64,000 nucleotides of DNA, taken from assembly GCA_963720955.1 (NCBI GenBank), contig CAVRHK010000028.1:48333-112332 (forward strand), read 5' to 3'. Shown piece after piece: positions 1 to 11,063 of the stretch. The translations under genes and the position numbers were made by a program. Every line of letters begins with the position of its first letter. Within the stretch, counting starts at the first letter, position 1. The notes beneath the pieces are model-generated. The model was not told where the DNA came from, searched no databases, and saw nothing but the letters and a program-made list of their open reading frames with translations. This DNA is from an uncultured Acidobacteriaceae bacterium. Lineage in GTDB: Bacteria > Acidobacteriota > Terriglobia > Terriglobales > Acidobacteriaceae.

Positions 1-2371
1 CAAGGTAGGCAAGAAGATCGGCTGCTGCGTTGAAGGCGGGCTGCTTGGCAACTGGTACATCTTCTCGTATGACCTTTATCGCCACCTGCGCGACCAGACG
101 CCGGGGACGGACGGGATGGCCGCGACCCAGGCCGGGGTGATCAGGACGAGCGCGCGGCGCAAAGGGGACTCGGCGGGGCAGCCGGTGGATGTGCGCGTAG
201 TCTCGGGGAACTATTTTTCCGTGCTGGGGGTGAGGCCGTTTGCAGGACGGCTGCTGCGTCCGGAGGATGACCGGGAAGGTGCGCCCGCGGTAGCGGTGAT
301 CAGTCATGCCATCTGGCAGACGAAGTTTCATGGAGATCCGGGGCTAGTGGGCGAGACGGTCATGCTGACGGGCACTCCGGTAACCGTCGTGGGCATCAGC
401 GCGGCGGATTTTCTTGGCGATCGCAACACGGCAGACCCGGCAGGTGTGTGGCTCACGCTGGCGCAGGAGCCGATCCTGAATCCGGACCGTAAGCTGATGA
501 AGCTGCCGCAGTCGCACTGGCTGGATATCCTGGTCCGCGTCCGCTATCCGAAGACGGTTCCTGCGGTGGAGAGCGCGATCAAGGTGGAGCTGATGCAATG
601 GATACGCGCGAACCGCGGCGCCGCAACGTACGACACAGAGGCGGAGATCGCGAAGCAGACGACGGAGCTTGCTCCGGCGAACGATGGGATCAACGACCTG
701 CGCAACCAATATGAGAAGAGTCTGACGATGCTACAGATGATCGCCGGGTTCGTTTTGCTGATTGCGTGTGCGAACCTGGCGAACCTGATGCTGGTGCGCG
801 GCGTGGCGCGGCGGCAGGAGCTGAACGTTCGCACAGCGCTTGGGGCGTCGCGCTCGCGTCTGGTGCGGGAGATGCTGGTCGAGTCGCTGGTGTTGTCGCT
901 GCTGGGCGGTGGGCTGGCACTGATCGTGGCGTATGCGGGCGTGAAGGGGATGTTGGCGCTGGCAATGCGGGGCGTGACGATCGATCCTTTGAGCGCAAGC
1001 CCTTCGCTGCCGGTGCTCGGGTTCGCGCTGGCGGTTTCGGCGGTCACAGGAATCCTTTTCGGGATTGCCCCGGCGTGGATCGCCTCGCGCACCGACCCGG
1101 CGGATGCTCTGCGCAGCGCGAACCGCAGCGTCGGCGGGGCGAGTCTGCTGCAGCGGGGGTTGGTCATCCTGCAGGCTGCACTCTCGGTCGCTCTGTTGAG
1201 CACGGCGGGGCTGTTGATTGTTAGCCTGCAGAGGCTGGAGAAGCAGGACTTCCATTTTCAGACGCAGGGCAGGCTCATCGCCTTTATCGATCTCCAGGCA
1301 GCGGGCTACAAGTATGAACAGCTTGACGGGCTGTACCGGCAGATTGACCAGACCTTTGCCGCGATTCCCGGACTGCATGACGCGACGTATGCGACCTACG
1401 GGCCGATGTCGTTCAACAACTGGAATACCGCAATCGCGATCGAGGGCGGCGATCTGAATGTGCCGAAGTATGCAAGCTACAGCGCGGTAAGCCCCAGGTT
1501 CTTTGACGCTGTGGGAACGCGAGTTCTGATGGGGCGCACGTTCACGGAGCGCGACTCGGCCACGAGCACGCATGTCGCAGTGGTGAACCAGACGTTTGTG
1601 AAGAGGTTTCTGGATGCCAAGGAGCCGATCGGGATGCGCTTCGGGCCGGACGGGAGTATGCCGGGCGAGTACGAGATCGTTGGTGTGGTTGACGACAGCA
1701 AATATGGCGATCCCAGCCAACAGACGCGGCCAATGTTCTTCACACCGATGGCGCAGGCGACGAACTTCGATGCGATCCCAGCCGTACCGAGTCTGAAAGA
1801 GCAGGCGAATAAGAATGAGAGGTTCAAACACTACGCGTCAAACCTGATCGTCCGTTACGAGGGCGACCCGGCGGCGGCAACGGCCGAGGTGCGGCGAGCG
1901 CTGCAGCAGATCAATCCCGACATCACGATCCGGAGGTTGACGACGTACGACGACCAGGTGAGCAGTTACTTTACGCAGCAGAGGCTGGTGGTGAGACTGA
2001 CGACGATCTTCGGCGCGCTGGCGCTGCTACTGGCGTCGGTGGGGCTGTATGGAGTGACGGCGTATGGGGTTGCCCGGCGCATCCCGGAGATCGGGCTTAG
2101 GATGGCGCTGGGAGCGGACCGCGGCAGCGTGATGCGGCTAGTGCTTCGTGGCGCCGTGGTGCAGACGGCGATTGGGCTGCTGCTTGGTGTGCCAGCGGCG
2201 CTTCTGGCGGGGCACTATCTCCAGTCGCAGCTCTACGAGGTGAAGGGGTATAACGTGTCGACGTTGGTCGTGGCCTGCGCGGTGCTTGCGCTCAGCGCGG
2301 TCGTTGCCAGTGCGTTGCCGGCGCGAAGAGCTTCTAACGTGGAGCCAATGCAGGCGCTGCGGACAGACTGA
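1..2371 (+). CDS. ADOP-family (acidobacterial duplicated orphan) MacB/FtsX-type ABC permease, 5' end outside window
   Basis: Frame is open from base 2. Two MacB-periplasmic + FtsX TM units with LLIACANLANL, RRQELNVRTALGA, GLYGVTAY, EIGLRMALGA and C-terminal PARRASNVEPMQALR. Confidence 0.92.
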   Translation, partial: KVGKKIGCCVEGGLLGNWYIFSYDLYRHLRDQTPGTDGMAATQAGVIRTSARRKGDSAGQPVDVRVVSGNYFSVLGVRPFAGRLLRPEDDREGAPAVAVISHAIWQTKFHGDPGLVGETVMLTGTPVTVVGISAADFLGDRNTADPAGVWLTLAQEPILNPDRKLMKLPQSHWLDILVRVRYPKTVPAVESAIKVELMQWIRANRGAATYDTEAEIAKQTTELAPANDGINDLRNQYEKSLTMLQMIAGFVLLIACANLANLMLVRGVARRQELNVRTALGASRSRLVREMLVESLVLSLLGGGLALIVAYAGVKGMLALAMRGVTIDPLSASPSLPVLGFALAVSAVTGILFGIAPAWIASRTDPADALRSANRSVGGASLLQRGLVILQAALSVALLSTAGLLIVSLQRLEKQDFHFQTQGRLIAFIDLQAAGYKYEQLDGLYRQIDQTFAAIPGLHDATYATYGPMSFNNWNTAIAIEGGDLNVPKYASYSAVSPRFFDAVGTRVLMGRTFTERDSATSTHVAVVNQTFVKRFLDAKEPIGMRFGPDGSMPGEYEIVGVVDDSKYGDPSQQTRPMFFTPMAQATNFDAIPAVPSLKEQANKNERFKHYASNLIVRYEGDPAAATAEVRRALQQINPDITIRRLTTYDDQVSSYFTQQRLVVRLTTIFGALALLLASVGLYGVTAYGVARRIPEIGLRMALGADRGSVMRLVLRGAVVQTAIGLLLGVPAALLAGHYLQSQLYEVKGYNVSTLVVACAVLALSAVVASALPARRASNVEPMQALRTD

Positions 2372-2603
2372 TCTCTTCAAAACCCGGCCATACGGCAAGA
2401 GCTGGCAACGGGATCGCAAATCATTCGGTATTTTGCAGTTACCACAAACAATAAAGGTTAGTGGTAACGGGGCCTCTCAAAGTTTGCGGTCCGCAATGGT
2501 CATGAGGAACGCTCATCTCGTAACTGACAGGGCGCAACTTCCGAACCCGCGTAGGCAATTTCGCATAAACCTACCACAACATCGCTGTTTGTGAGCCCCG
2601 CAT

Positions 2604-4524
2604 TTACCACATGTCTGCACCTGCAGGCCTCCTGGGGCCGACTGTTGTCATATCGATCGGATGGAAGCCCAACTGCAGCGCGGGCGATTTTGGTTGCAGG
2701 CGAAAGTCGAGTTTTCCTGCGTTGACGAAGAGAGGATCTGCAATGCGGGAACCCTGGTCCTGGCCTGTGGCCTGCCAGGCGGCGAAGGACTTGTCCAGGA
2801 AATAGACATCGTTGCTGCTGCGCGTTGTAGTACAGATTTGACCGCATCCTGAAGGTTCCATCCGCCCAGTTGGCCCCGAGGAGATCGCCCTGGTCAAAGT
2901 AGACGATGTTGTTTTCCAGAGTGAATGAGACGTGCTGCTCGGACCGTGTGCGCATCAGTTCGTGTTCGTGATTGAACGCGAAGATATTGTTGCGCAGGAT
3001 ATTGTCGCGGCCATAATGCTGGTGAAAGCCCGCGCTCTTGCAGTCGTAAACGATGTTGTCCTCGGCCAGAATATCGCTTGACCCTTCGTCCAGATAGATT
3101 CCCCACCCTCCGTAGGTGTACGACGAGACATCGTGGATCAGGTTATTTTGAATGACCGTCCCAGGTTGCACGCCAAGGGTATAGATTCCGCCCATATCGC
3201 TGAGCATGTTCTTTCCGATCGAGTGGAGGTCGTTGAACGCGATCAAATTTCCACTGGATTGATTTTTCCCGTATCCCCAGGTCCACCCCACAGAGATGGC
3301 GGTGTAGTAAAGATCGTGCACATGGTTATGAAGGATCTGATTGCTTCCGCTCTGCAATACCCAGATCCCGACACCGGCTGCATACACAAGGCCGAGATCG
3401 TGGATTTGGTTGTCGGCAATCACATTGTCATAGTTCTGTTCCGCGCGATTCTCCCTTAGATCTGGTTCTCCTACTTTGACTCCACCGGCTCCCAGATCGT
3501 AGAACTCGTTTGCCAGCACCTGGTTGTGTTGCGAACCCCGCCCTAGTTCGAGCGCATATCCACCAGAGTGAGCGAACGTACATCGTTCCACGAGGAAGTT
3601 GACGGCTCCAACAGCCTCCACCGCGGAGGAAGCGAGGATGGCAGCCTGGGGGTCAAAGTAACCTTGCGGTCCCACATTCCAGTCCGCGTGCTCAAACGTC
3701 AGGCCACGGAAGACAACATTGCGCACAAGCTCCCCATCTTCCGGCTTCCCCTGCACAAGGACCAATCGCTCCAGTCCCGCCGCAATTACCCTGGCTTGCT
3801 TCATGTTCTCGCCTGGAAGGGGAATATAGGAGACTTTTTGCGTGGACCGGTCAAGATACCACTCACCCGGAATATCGAGGGCACCGGGCACGTTCTCAAC
3901 AAAATAGCGAGCATTCTCTTCGTTGGCAAAAGACTGGGTGGGACCGAGTTCGGCCAGATGGCCCTGTTGATCGACGCGCGTGATGGGAGTGCGGAAATCA
4001 CTCCAGGCCATGAAGCCTACGAGTTCCACGTCTGGTTGGTTGACCCACTCCTGTTGGATGTCGTTGCCGTGAAAATGTAACTGAAGAGGTTTGTTGGGGG
4101 CGCCGCCTCCCTCGAAGTGGAAGAAGCCGTCCTTCGGGGTTCTTGTGCGAGCAGCGCGCCTGCCGTTGATAAATAGTTGGTAGAAGTAAGGGCCTGGAGC
4201 GTCCGTCGTCCATGCCGCACCGGAGGTCTTGGTCCAGCCGGAGATAATCCGGCCGCCGCTAACGACAGGGTGCTCGCCGTGAGCTGCCTCCCAGATGGTG
4301 TCGCTGTCCTCCGGACCAAGGACCAGTGTCTCGGAAAGAAAATACGTTCCAGCGCGAACCGTAATGGTGATGGGGCCAGTGATGCCGGAGCGACGCTGTG
4401 CGCGGGCTGCATCACGGGCTTCAATCAGGGTTCTGATGGGGCCGTCGGGAGAGACGGTGATGACCTGGGCAGGCGCGGCAACGATAACGAAGAGCAGAGC
4501 CATGGCCAGACGTGCGAGCATCAT
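2604..4524 (-). CDS. Secreted right-handed parallel beta-helix protein (GH141-like putative glycoside hydrolase), one frameshift near 2820
   Basis: Signal peptide MMLARLAMALL...APA. Motifs RAGTYFL, QLFINGRR, PGEWYLD, DMGGIYTLG and GWGIYLDEGSS. The conserved tail (IADPLFVN...DFRLQPKSPALQLGF) lies in the overlapping frame 2604-2897. Confidence 0.75.
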
Positions 4525-4625
4525 TAGGTGTGATGCCTTGAAAAAACATGAGAGTTGGCTCTCTCCACCGCTCAGCTCATTGAGAGAGCCTCCGGCCGGA
4601 AGCGTTTTACGAAGCTTGACGGTAC

Positions 4626-5855
4626 TCAAGAATGCATTTGCTCCAGTGCTCTGTGTAAGGCAGAAGCCGCTGTTCGCAGCTCATCCTCTCGTGTGAGGCA
4701 ATCGGGGCAAAGACGCAGCCATTCACCGCGAGAGTCAGCGATGACATTACTGGCGGCCATTCGTTTGGCAAGATCGCTGGCATTCGTATGCCGAACACAG
4801 AGAAAAGCGCCGTGGTTGTCATCGCCTCCAATTGCGTTGATTCCAGCATCAGCAAGATAAAGTTTCAACCGGCTGAGTTGTTTTTGTCTATATTCGCGCA
4901 GGCGTTCCACAGTGATGGCCAACGTAAACTGTTGCCCACTACGTGCCTGATAGTAGGTAAGCACAGGAGGCGTCGATTCGAGAAAGGCATCGCCACCTGC
5001 ACGCAACAGCGGCGGGTCGTGACGCTCATAACCAAACGTGTCTTCGCGCGCGAACCAACCTGTATCGAGTGGGCGCAGTCCGCTGCTAAGAATTTCAGGT
5101 GACAGGTAGAGAAAACATGCGCCGGGGCCACCACGAAGATATTTATAACTGCCGCCGATGGCGAAATCAGCGCGCATGGCGGTGACATCCACGGGAAAGA
5201 CGCCTACAGCATGATAGGAATCGACCAACAGCTTTGCGCCAACACTGTGGCACGCGTCGGCGAGCTGTTCCAGATTATGTACTGTTTGTGCGTTCATGAA
5301 CATGACCTGAGAGATCACGACGAGATCAATCTCCTGTCGTAGATGACGGATTATCGCCTGCACAGTAAATAGGCCCTCAGCATCGGCTTCGACCCAACTC
5401 AGTTCTATGCGTCCAAGCGCCGCATACTGTTTCAACAGCAGGTCGACGGAGTCGAATTCTCCGCGCGTGCTCAAGACACGTGGGGTTCCGGGCAGCGCAT
5501 TCAACACAGTGCGCAGGCCCTGTCCGGCGGATGTCTTCGGCACAATGCAATCAACACGCGGAGCATGGATGAGTTGGGCGATACGAGAGCGAAAGGCCTC
5601 CTGTTCGGCTAGCCAGGCATCCCAGGCATCACCGAGCTTTGTCTCCCACAACGAAGTCGCTTCGCGCACGTCTTCTGTCATCGCGTCGAGTGGACGACCT
5701 AAAGAGTGGTTGGCGAGGTAGACGCGATCACTGGCCAACACGCGGGAAAACAACGGCGCAATGTGCTGTTGCACAGATTCTTCTGTAAGCGGACCAGAAC
5801 CGAGTTGTGCAACGGCTCTGTCTATCGTCGGGCTCCCTCCCGCCGGGGTGTTCAT
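4626..5855 (-). CDS. kynU: Kynureninase (PLP-dependent, class V aminotransferase fold)
   Basis: [15 protein letters not shown]-lysine motif [12 protein letters not shown] and TGWF. Overlaps the tryptophan dioxygenase stop. Confidence 0.8.
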   Translation of the reverse strand: MNTPAGGSPTIDRAVAQLGSGPLTEESVQQHIAPLFSRVLASDRVYLANHSLGRPLDAMTEDVREATSLWETKLGDAWDAWLAEQEAFRSRIAQLIHAPRVDCIVPKTSAGQGLRTVLNALPGTPRVLSTRGEFDSVDLLLKQYAALGRIELSWVEADAEGLFTVQAIIRHLRQEIDLVVISQVMFMNAQTVHNLEQLADACHSVGAKLLVDSYHAVGVFPVDVTAMRADFAIGGSYKYLRGGPGACFLYLSPEILSSGLRPLDTGWFAREDTFGYERHDPPLLRAGGDAFLESTPPVLTYYQARSGQQFTLAITVERLREYRQKQLSRLKLYLADAGINAIGGDDNHGAFLCVRHTNASDLAKRMAASNVIADSRGEWLRLCPDCLTREDELRTAASALHRALEQMHS

Positions 5856-6722
5856 CGCTGCTTCAATCCGGTGCGGACCGCGAATAGCTCAGGAAAAAAA
5901 GTCAATTCCAGTGCTTGGCGCAGAAAGCCAACACCCGATGAACCTCCGGTGCCGGGGCGGAAGCCAATGATGCGCTCGACGGTCTTCATGTGGCGAAAGC
6001 GCCAGAGCTGAAAGTATTCTTCGACATCAACCAGCTTTTCGCACATCTCATATGCGTCCCAATGCTCGCGTGGATGCTCGTAGATCATGTCGAAAGACCT
6101 CTGTGAGTTCATCGTTTTTCTGATGAGGCTCGGACCAATTGCGTTCGACGCACACTTCAGGAACAGCAAGGCCGCGTCGCTTGAGATGCCGTAGAAATTC
6201 GTCATACAGACTCGGGGCCTCAAGAGCCCGCTGCAAATCTTCATGGATCTGCGGATTATGGGCAAACACTTTGAGCGCATCCTGATTCTTATTCCCTAAC
6301 AGAAACTCAAGCTTGCGGTACTGATATGACTGAAAGCCGGAGGCATGACCGAGCACTCCACGAAATTCCATGTATTCCGATGGAGTGAGCGTTTCTAATA
6401 CCGCCCATTGGTCAAAGAGCTGCATCTGGATGAGCTTGGCACGCGACAGAATCTTGAAACAGGGATCAAGCTGGTCCTGCTGCACATGACGGATCGCTGC
6501 CTCCAACTCGTGAATCAGCTGCTTGATCCAGAGTTCCGCGACTTGGTGCTGGATGATGAACAGCATTTCATCATGGTGCGGTGGCTGGGAGAGGGGTCGC
6601 TGTTGCGATAGCAGGCCATCAAGGCAGAGATAGCCTGCATAGCTCATCCGATCCTTGAAATCGGTAACGATGCCAGCTTCCAGGGGTCGCTGATTTTTTT
6701 CTGACGAAGACATCTCTCGCAT
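5852..6722 (-). CDS. kynA: Tryptophan 2,3-dioxygenase, one frameshift near 6090
   Basis: [16 protein letters not shown] and [17 protein letters not shown] in ORF 6048-6722; [25 protein letters not shown] in ORF 5852-6280. Confidence 0.93.
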
Positions 6723-7080
6723 TATAGGAGTCCGAACGGCATATGGTGGTGATGATGATCTAGATCCACCGTCAACTTTGATTCAGAGCGAAGCACAGGT
6801 CCACATTCACCAGCGATACCCAGCCAGCGACCAGGGTGCTGTTTACCCGTCACTCGTTATCTTCTGGAGTGCCGGGCTGTGGCCAGGGCCTCGGCTGGGG
6901 ATCTGCCAACCGGCAGTGAGCGTATTTGATGTTCGCCAGAATTGCATCGGTATCCGCCCTGCATGCGAAATAGTATTCTGAGGCACACGAGCAATTTAGA
7001 TCATACCGATGCGCGATTGTTCTTGCAGCAAACGCGGCACCCGTTAGCACCTTTCAGTGCATGTTCCATAGGAGTCCATT

Positions 7081-7461
7081 ATGACGCGCCAAATCGTCTT
7101 CACATCCAAGGCGGCAATGCCGTCGCCGTCGTATAGCCAAGCTGTCAAGGCAGCAGGTCTCGTCTTCGTTTCGGGCACAGCGCCGATAGACCCCGAGACA
7201 GGTCAAATCAAGGGAACCACTGTTCAAGAGCAAACACAGCAATGCCTGACCAACATTGCCGCCATTTTAGAAGCGGCTGGAACATCAATGGAAAAAATCG
7301 CCAGCGCCACGGTCATTCTGGCGGACGAGGATGATTTTGCGGGCATGAATGAGGAGTGGATGCGATGGTTTCCCACGAATCCACCTGCGCGCCAAGGGGC
7401 CAAGCTTCCGGCACGCATTCCGGGCCTCAAGGTTTCAATTGCCGCCATCGCTGAGATTTAA
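7081..7461 (+). CDS. RidA/YjgF/UK114 family protein
   Basis: YSQAVKAAGLVFVSG, MNEEW..WF and PPAR; AGGAG RBS upstream. Confidence 0.9.
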   Translation: MTRQIVFTSKAAMPSPSYSQAVKAAGLVFVSGTAPIDPETGQIKGTTVQEQTQQCLTNIAAILEAAGTSMEKIASATVILADEDDFAGMNEEWMRWFPTNPPARQGAKLPARIPGLKVSIAAIAEI

Positions 7462-7542
7462 AAATATGAACCGGCGATTGCTTGCAAATATGCCCCTCAG
7501 TCGATGCTCCCCGGTTTTGGCGCGAGCTTTTGGCCAGACTGC

Positions 7543-8550
7543 TTAGCGTTGCGATTCCCCTGCCGAAACCCAATTACGGACGTACGGCGCGACATTGCTG
7601 TCGATGGCCCTGAACTCCTCCTGGGTCAACGGCAGACTGTGCCATTGCTTCAGCGCGTCCTTCGGCGTGTTATCCGTCGTCGCGGCGTCGCTCCCGTAAA
7701 CCAGCCGGCTGGTCCCGATCTGGCGAATGCGGGTTACGAGCAGGTCGGATTTGTTCTCCCACATGCCAGGTATGGCGATCCCACAGACATCGAAATAGAC
7801 ATTTTTCATTCGAGGATCTTTTCGCTCGATTGCTTTTACAAATACCGCAAGGGCGGCGTCGGTTTCCGGGTCGTCGTAACCTCCACCCCCGGCCAAATGC
7901 GCGATCTGTACTACCACGTCGGGAGCTTCAGGGAGTAGCTGTTCCAGAAAGATGCGGGCCTCTTTTGCTCCGTATGGCCGATGGTGATCGATGTTGGCGT
8001 GCATGTGCACTACGATCGCCATGTGATGCTCGTTGGCGGCACGGAAGACCCGACGCACTCGTGCGAGATGATCTGGATTGTCGACATTCACGTCGGAGTT
8101 GCCGAAGTGCAGCTTCAGTCCGGTGCGAAGGTTTGGGTCTCTCGCACAGCGTGCGATCTCTTGAAGTGCATATGGACGGAGTGGATTGACGCTGCAAAAG
8201 CCAATCAACCGTTGAGGGTATTTGGCGACTTGAGCGCTGGTCCAGTTGTTTTCATCCATCACGTGCGCGTATTCATTCGGAACTGCCGCCTTATTTGGAT
8301 TTGAGAAGCTGTACGCGACCGACAGTACGACAGCTCGGCTGATTCCGGCGGCATCGAGTTGTGCAACGAGGTAATCGGCATCGATGCCCTTCGGTCCCGG
8401 AGATGATCGTGCGCCCGCCTGCGGGCTGTATAAATGCTGGTGATAGTCGATGATCTGGGCCAACGAGTTCAGAGGGAGGAGCATGCCCAATGCCGCGATG
8501 ATCGCGATCCCTCGTTTTATCGAGTCGTAATCGAAGACAGGCATGGACAA
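7543..8550 (-). CDS. Amidohydrolase-family (Amidohydro_2) protein with N-terminal signal peptide
   Basis: IDYHQH metal motif, GLKLH, IAHLAG and YGSD; hydrophobic N-terminus ending SLA-Q. Confidence 0.85.
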   Translation of the reverse strand: MSMPVFDYDSIKRGIAIIAALGMLLPLNSLAQIIDYHQHLYSPQAGARSSPGPKGIDADYLVAQLDAAGISRAVVLSVAYSFSNPNKAAVPNEYAHVMDENNWTSAQVAKYPQRLIGFCSVNPLRPYALQEIARCARDPNLRTGLKLHFGNSDVNVDNPDHLARVRRVFRAANEHHMAIVVHMHANIDHHRPYGAKEARIFLEQLLPEAPDVVVQIAHLAGGGGYDDPETDAALAVFVKAIERKDPRMKNVYFDVCGIAIPGMWENKSDLLVTRIRQIGTSRLVYGSDAATTDNTPKDALKQWHSLPLTQEEFRAIDSNVAPYVRNWVSAGESQR

Positions 8551-9083
8551 CTAGAGTACCGAATCCAGGGCAGTGATGGAATATCTCCGACGATGAGGGA
8601 AGAATCGGCCCCTTCCAAGTGGGATTGGTCCCGACGCCTGGCACAGGGCAGAGTTGACCATTGAGCAGTTCACGCAATCCGGAACTGGAGTGGCGGCGGC
8701 TTCAAGTGGACGTGTTCAGGACGGCTACTTTTCGAGCCACTTTATCGGGACCGATGGTAAGGACTTCTAGACTGCCTGCGGAGAACACAAAGGAATGTTT
8801 ATCGGTCACTTCCTAGCCGGAAACGTGATTGCTACAGTGCTTGTCGCTCGAGGCCAAACCAAGACGAAATCTGCCATCACGACGAAGATCTCAAGACAAG
8901 CGGATAAGGTGCGGATATGGATTACATCTGCATGACAATTGTGGGGGGCATTTTTTTTATCCTTATGGGAAAGGCGGCTCGCACAAAGGCAGGTAGATAT
9001 CAATTTGAATGGTGACTGACAGCCTTGCCGGCCGATTAAGTAACGTGGTTTACATACTGTTGCAACTGTAGAAGGGGTTTCAT

Positions 9084-9641
9084 ATGGTTCAGAATATCTC
9101 CGGCATACGGTACGGCAAGGTGCTTCTCGGCATTGCAATCTTGCTCATCGTATTCATCATCAGTGCCTATGTTTATCTGAGGTTTGGTCCTGTTCCGGTT
9201 GCGGTTGCGGATCCAGCTTTTCCCTTTGAAAAACCAATGGTCAGGACCGCGGTTAGAGCACGTACCGGTCGTGAGAATCAAAACCCTCCTTTTGCTGTCA
9301 GTGAAGAGGTATTCGAATCGGGCGCGGGCATCTATCGGCAGCACTGTTCAATGTGCCACGGTTATCCGGGCCACGATGCTGCACTCGCCAGTCAAATGTT
9401 CCCAGCGCCTCCTCAACTCTGGAAAAAGCATGGTCCTCATGGTGTAGTTGGCGTGAGCGATGATGATCCTGGGTTTAGTTACTGGGTTGTATCAAACGGT
9501 ATCCGGCTAACGGGTATGCCTTCTTTCGCGCATACTCTGTCTGACAAAGAGAGATGGGAAGTAACTCTCTTAATCAAGAATGCAGATAAGCCGATGTCCC
9601 CCTCGATCAGTCAGATACTGGACTCATCCGAATCGCATTAG
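9084..9641 (+). CDS. Membrane-anchored monohaem c-type cytochrome
   Basis: N-terminal TM helix, CSMCH haem motif, and NGIRLTGMPSF with a likely axial Met. Confidence 0.88.
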   Translation: MVQNISGIRYGKVLLGIAILLIVFIISAYVYLRFGPVPVAVADPAFPFEKPMVRTAVRARTGRENQNPPFAVSEEVFESGAGIYRQHCSMCHGYPGHDAALASQMFPAPPQLWKKHGPHGVVGVSDDDPGFSYWVVSNGIRLTGMPSFAHTLSDKERWEVTLLIKNADKPMSPSISQILDSSESH

Positions 9642-9737
9642 CCCATTGAATAGCCGCCACAGTTCACGTGTCGACTCGCAGTACGAGAATTTCAGGCAAC
9701 AGAAGTGCGTTTACCGAGCCCAAAAGACGGCCAACGT

Positions 9738-9769
9738 TTCACATCTGAGAATGATGACGTTATATTGTT
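9738..9769 (+). promoter_or_regulatory. Sigma70-type promoter (TTCACA-17 bp-TATATT) for a probably leaderless gntR mRNA, overlapped by operator-like GACGTTATATTGTT
   Basis: -35 at 9738-9743 and -10 at 9761-9766. ATG lies 6 nt after the -10 with no Shine-Dalgarno. The motif recurs at 11050-11063. Confidence 0.6.
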
Positions 9770-9772
9770 CGA

Positions 9773-10540
9773 ATGACCGAGGTTCCACTTTACGGAAAGG
9801 TCGAAGAGGTTCTGGCTTCTGAAATCGCCCGAGGAGACATAAGGCCCGGGGACAGACTTCCGTCCGAGGATGAACTGCTCACGCGATTTGCTGTAAGCCG
9901 AATCACTGTCCGCCGCGCGATTCAGAACCTTATCCAGCGAGGCATTGTCGAGATTCAAAGAGGACGGGGCACCTTTGTCCTTGCACCGAAGGTCTCGCAG
10001 GAGCTCACAAAACTCACCGGATTCGTGGAAGATATGGATACCCATGGACGCAAAGCTTCGGCACGTGTGGTGAATCGGCAGGTGGTCGTGGCAAGTGCCC
10101 GAGTTGCCCGGCAGCTTGGTATCAGCAAGGGAACCCGCGTTATGCGGATCGAACGTGTGCGTCTCGCCGACGCCGTCCCAATGTCCTTCGACGAGACTTA
10201 TCTTCCACTCGACATTGGCAGGAAGATCGTTCGCAACAACCTCCGCGTGATGCCGATCTTCACGTTGCTTGAAGATAAGTATGGGATACCTCTAACCGAG
10301 GCTGACTACAGCTTGGAAGCCGCTGCGGCCTCGGCACAGGTAGCTGAGGCCCTAGAGGTTCCAGAAGGATCTCCGATTTTCCGTATCGAGCGGACCTCGT
10401 TCACGACCCATGGCAAACCGATCGACTATGAGGTGCTCTCCTACCGCGGTGATCTCATCCGGTTCGTCACTCGCCTGGCGCGCCGGTCAGCGGCAGAAGC
10501 CGCTCAACCCAAAGCGACGCCTTCCTTGCGCAAACGGTAG
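9773..10540 (+). CDS. GntR-family regulator, HutC/UTRA subfamily
   Basis: wHTH LPSEDEL...VSRITVRRAI...GRGTFV, followed by a UTRA domain (IERTS...PIDY...YRGD). Confidence 0.92.
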   Translation: MTEVPLYGKVEEVLASEIARGDIRPGDRLPSEDELLTRFAVSRITVRRAIQNLIQRGIVEIQRGRGTFVLAPKVSQELTKLTGFVEDMDTHGRKASARVVNRQVVVASARVARQLGISKGTRVMRIERVRLADAVPMSFDETYLPLDIGRKIVRNNLRVMPIFTLLEDKYGIPLTEADYSLEAAAASAQVAEALEVPEGSPIFRIERTSFTTHGKPIDYEVLSYRGDLIRFVTRLARRSAAEAAQPKATPSLRKR

Positions 10541-11037
10541 GCATCAACCGACCACGGGCTCGGGCCACACAGGACGAGCGCCACGATACAGGCGATATAG
10601 AGCAGGTCACATTCGTATCCAGGTGGTCCGAACTGCGCACGTCCATCGACGATCTTTATCAGCTTGATGGAACTGAATCCATACGGTAGATGGACGGTCA
10701 CAATAGCCACCGCGAGCAGCAGGATCGTCGGAACACTCACCAACGCTACAAAAGCGCCAAGCAGAATGGCGAGACCGCCAAAGACCTCTGTGATGATGGT
10801 GAGCCAGGCCATGACGTGAGGTGCAGGAACATGAGTTGCCTGCAGAATCGCGGCGAATGCGTCCGGGCCCTTGGACCACTTGGCCATTCCATGTTCCAGG
10901 AATCCATAGCCCACGATCAGTCGAAGAGGCACAGCGGCATATTTCGTCAGCTTCTCCTGTGACTTGCTCGAGAACATCAGGTTTCGGTTCATTGTCATCC
11001 TCCTTTGTACCGCCGCATCGGGTTGCCAGTCGGACAC
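10504..11037 (-). CDS. DoxX-family membrane protein
   Basis: LRLIVGYGFLEHG..K, EVFGGLAILLG and GYE..LLY...GPSPWSVD. True start is probably downstream of 11037. Confidence 0.88.
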   Translation of the reverse strand: MSDWQPDAAVQRRMTMNRNLMFSSKSQEKLTKYAAVPLRLIVGYGFLEHGMAKWSKGPDAFAAILQATHVPAPHVMAWLTIITEVFGGLAILLGAFVALVSVPTILLLAVAIVTVHLPYGFSSIKLIKIVDGRAQFGPPGYECDLLYIACIVALVLCGPSPWSVDAYRLRKEGVALG

Positions 11038-11049
11038 TCTCGATAATAT

Positions 11050-11063
11050 GACGTTATAATGTC
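11050..11063. promoter_or_regulatory. Near-palindromic operator GACGTTATAATGTC between divergent doxX and chrA, containing a TATAAT box
   Basis: 12 of 14 positions are self-complementary. Matches the site upstream of gntR at 12 of 14 positions. Confidence 0.6.
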
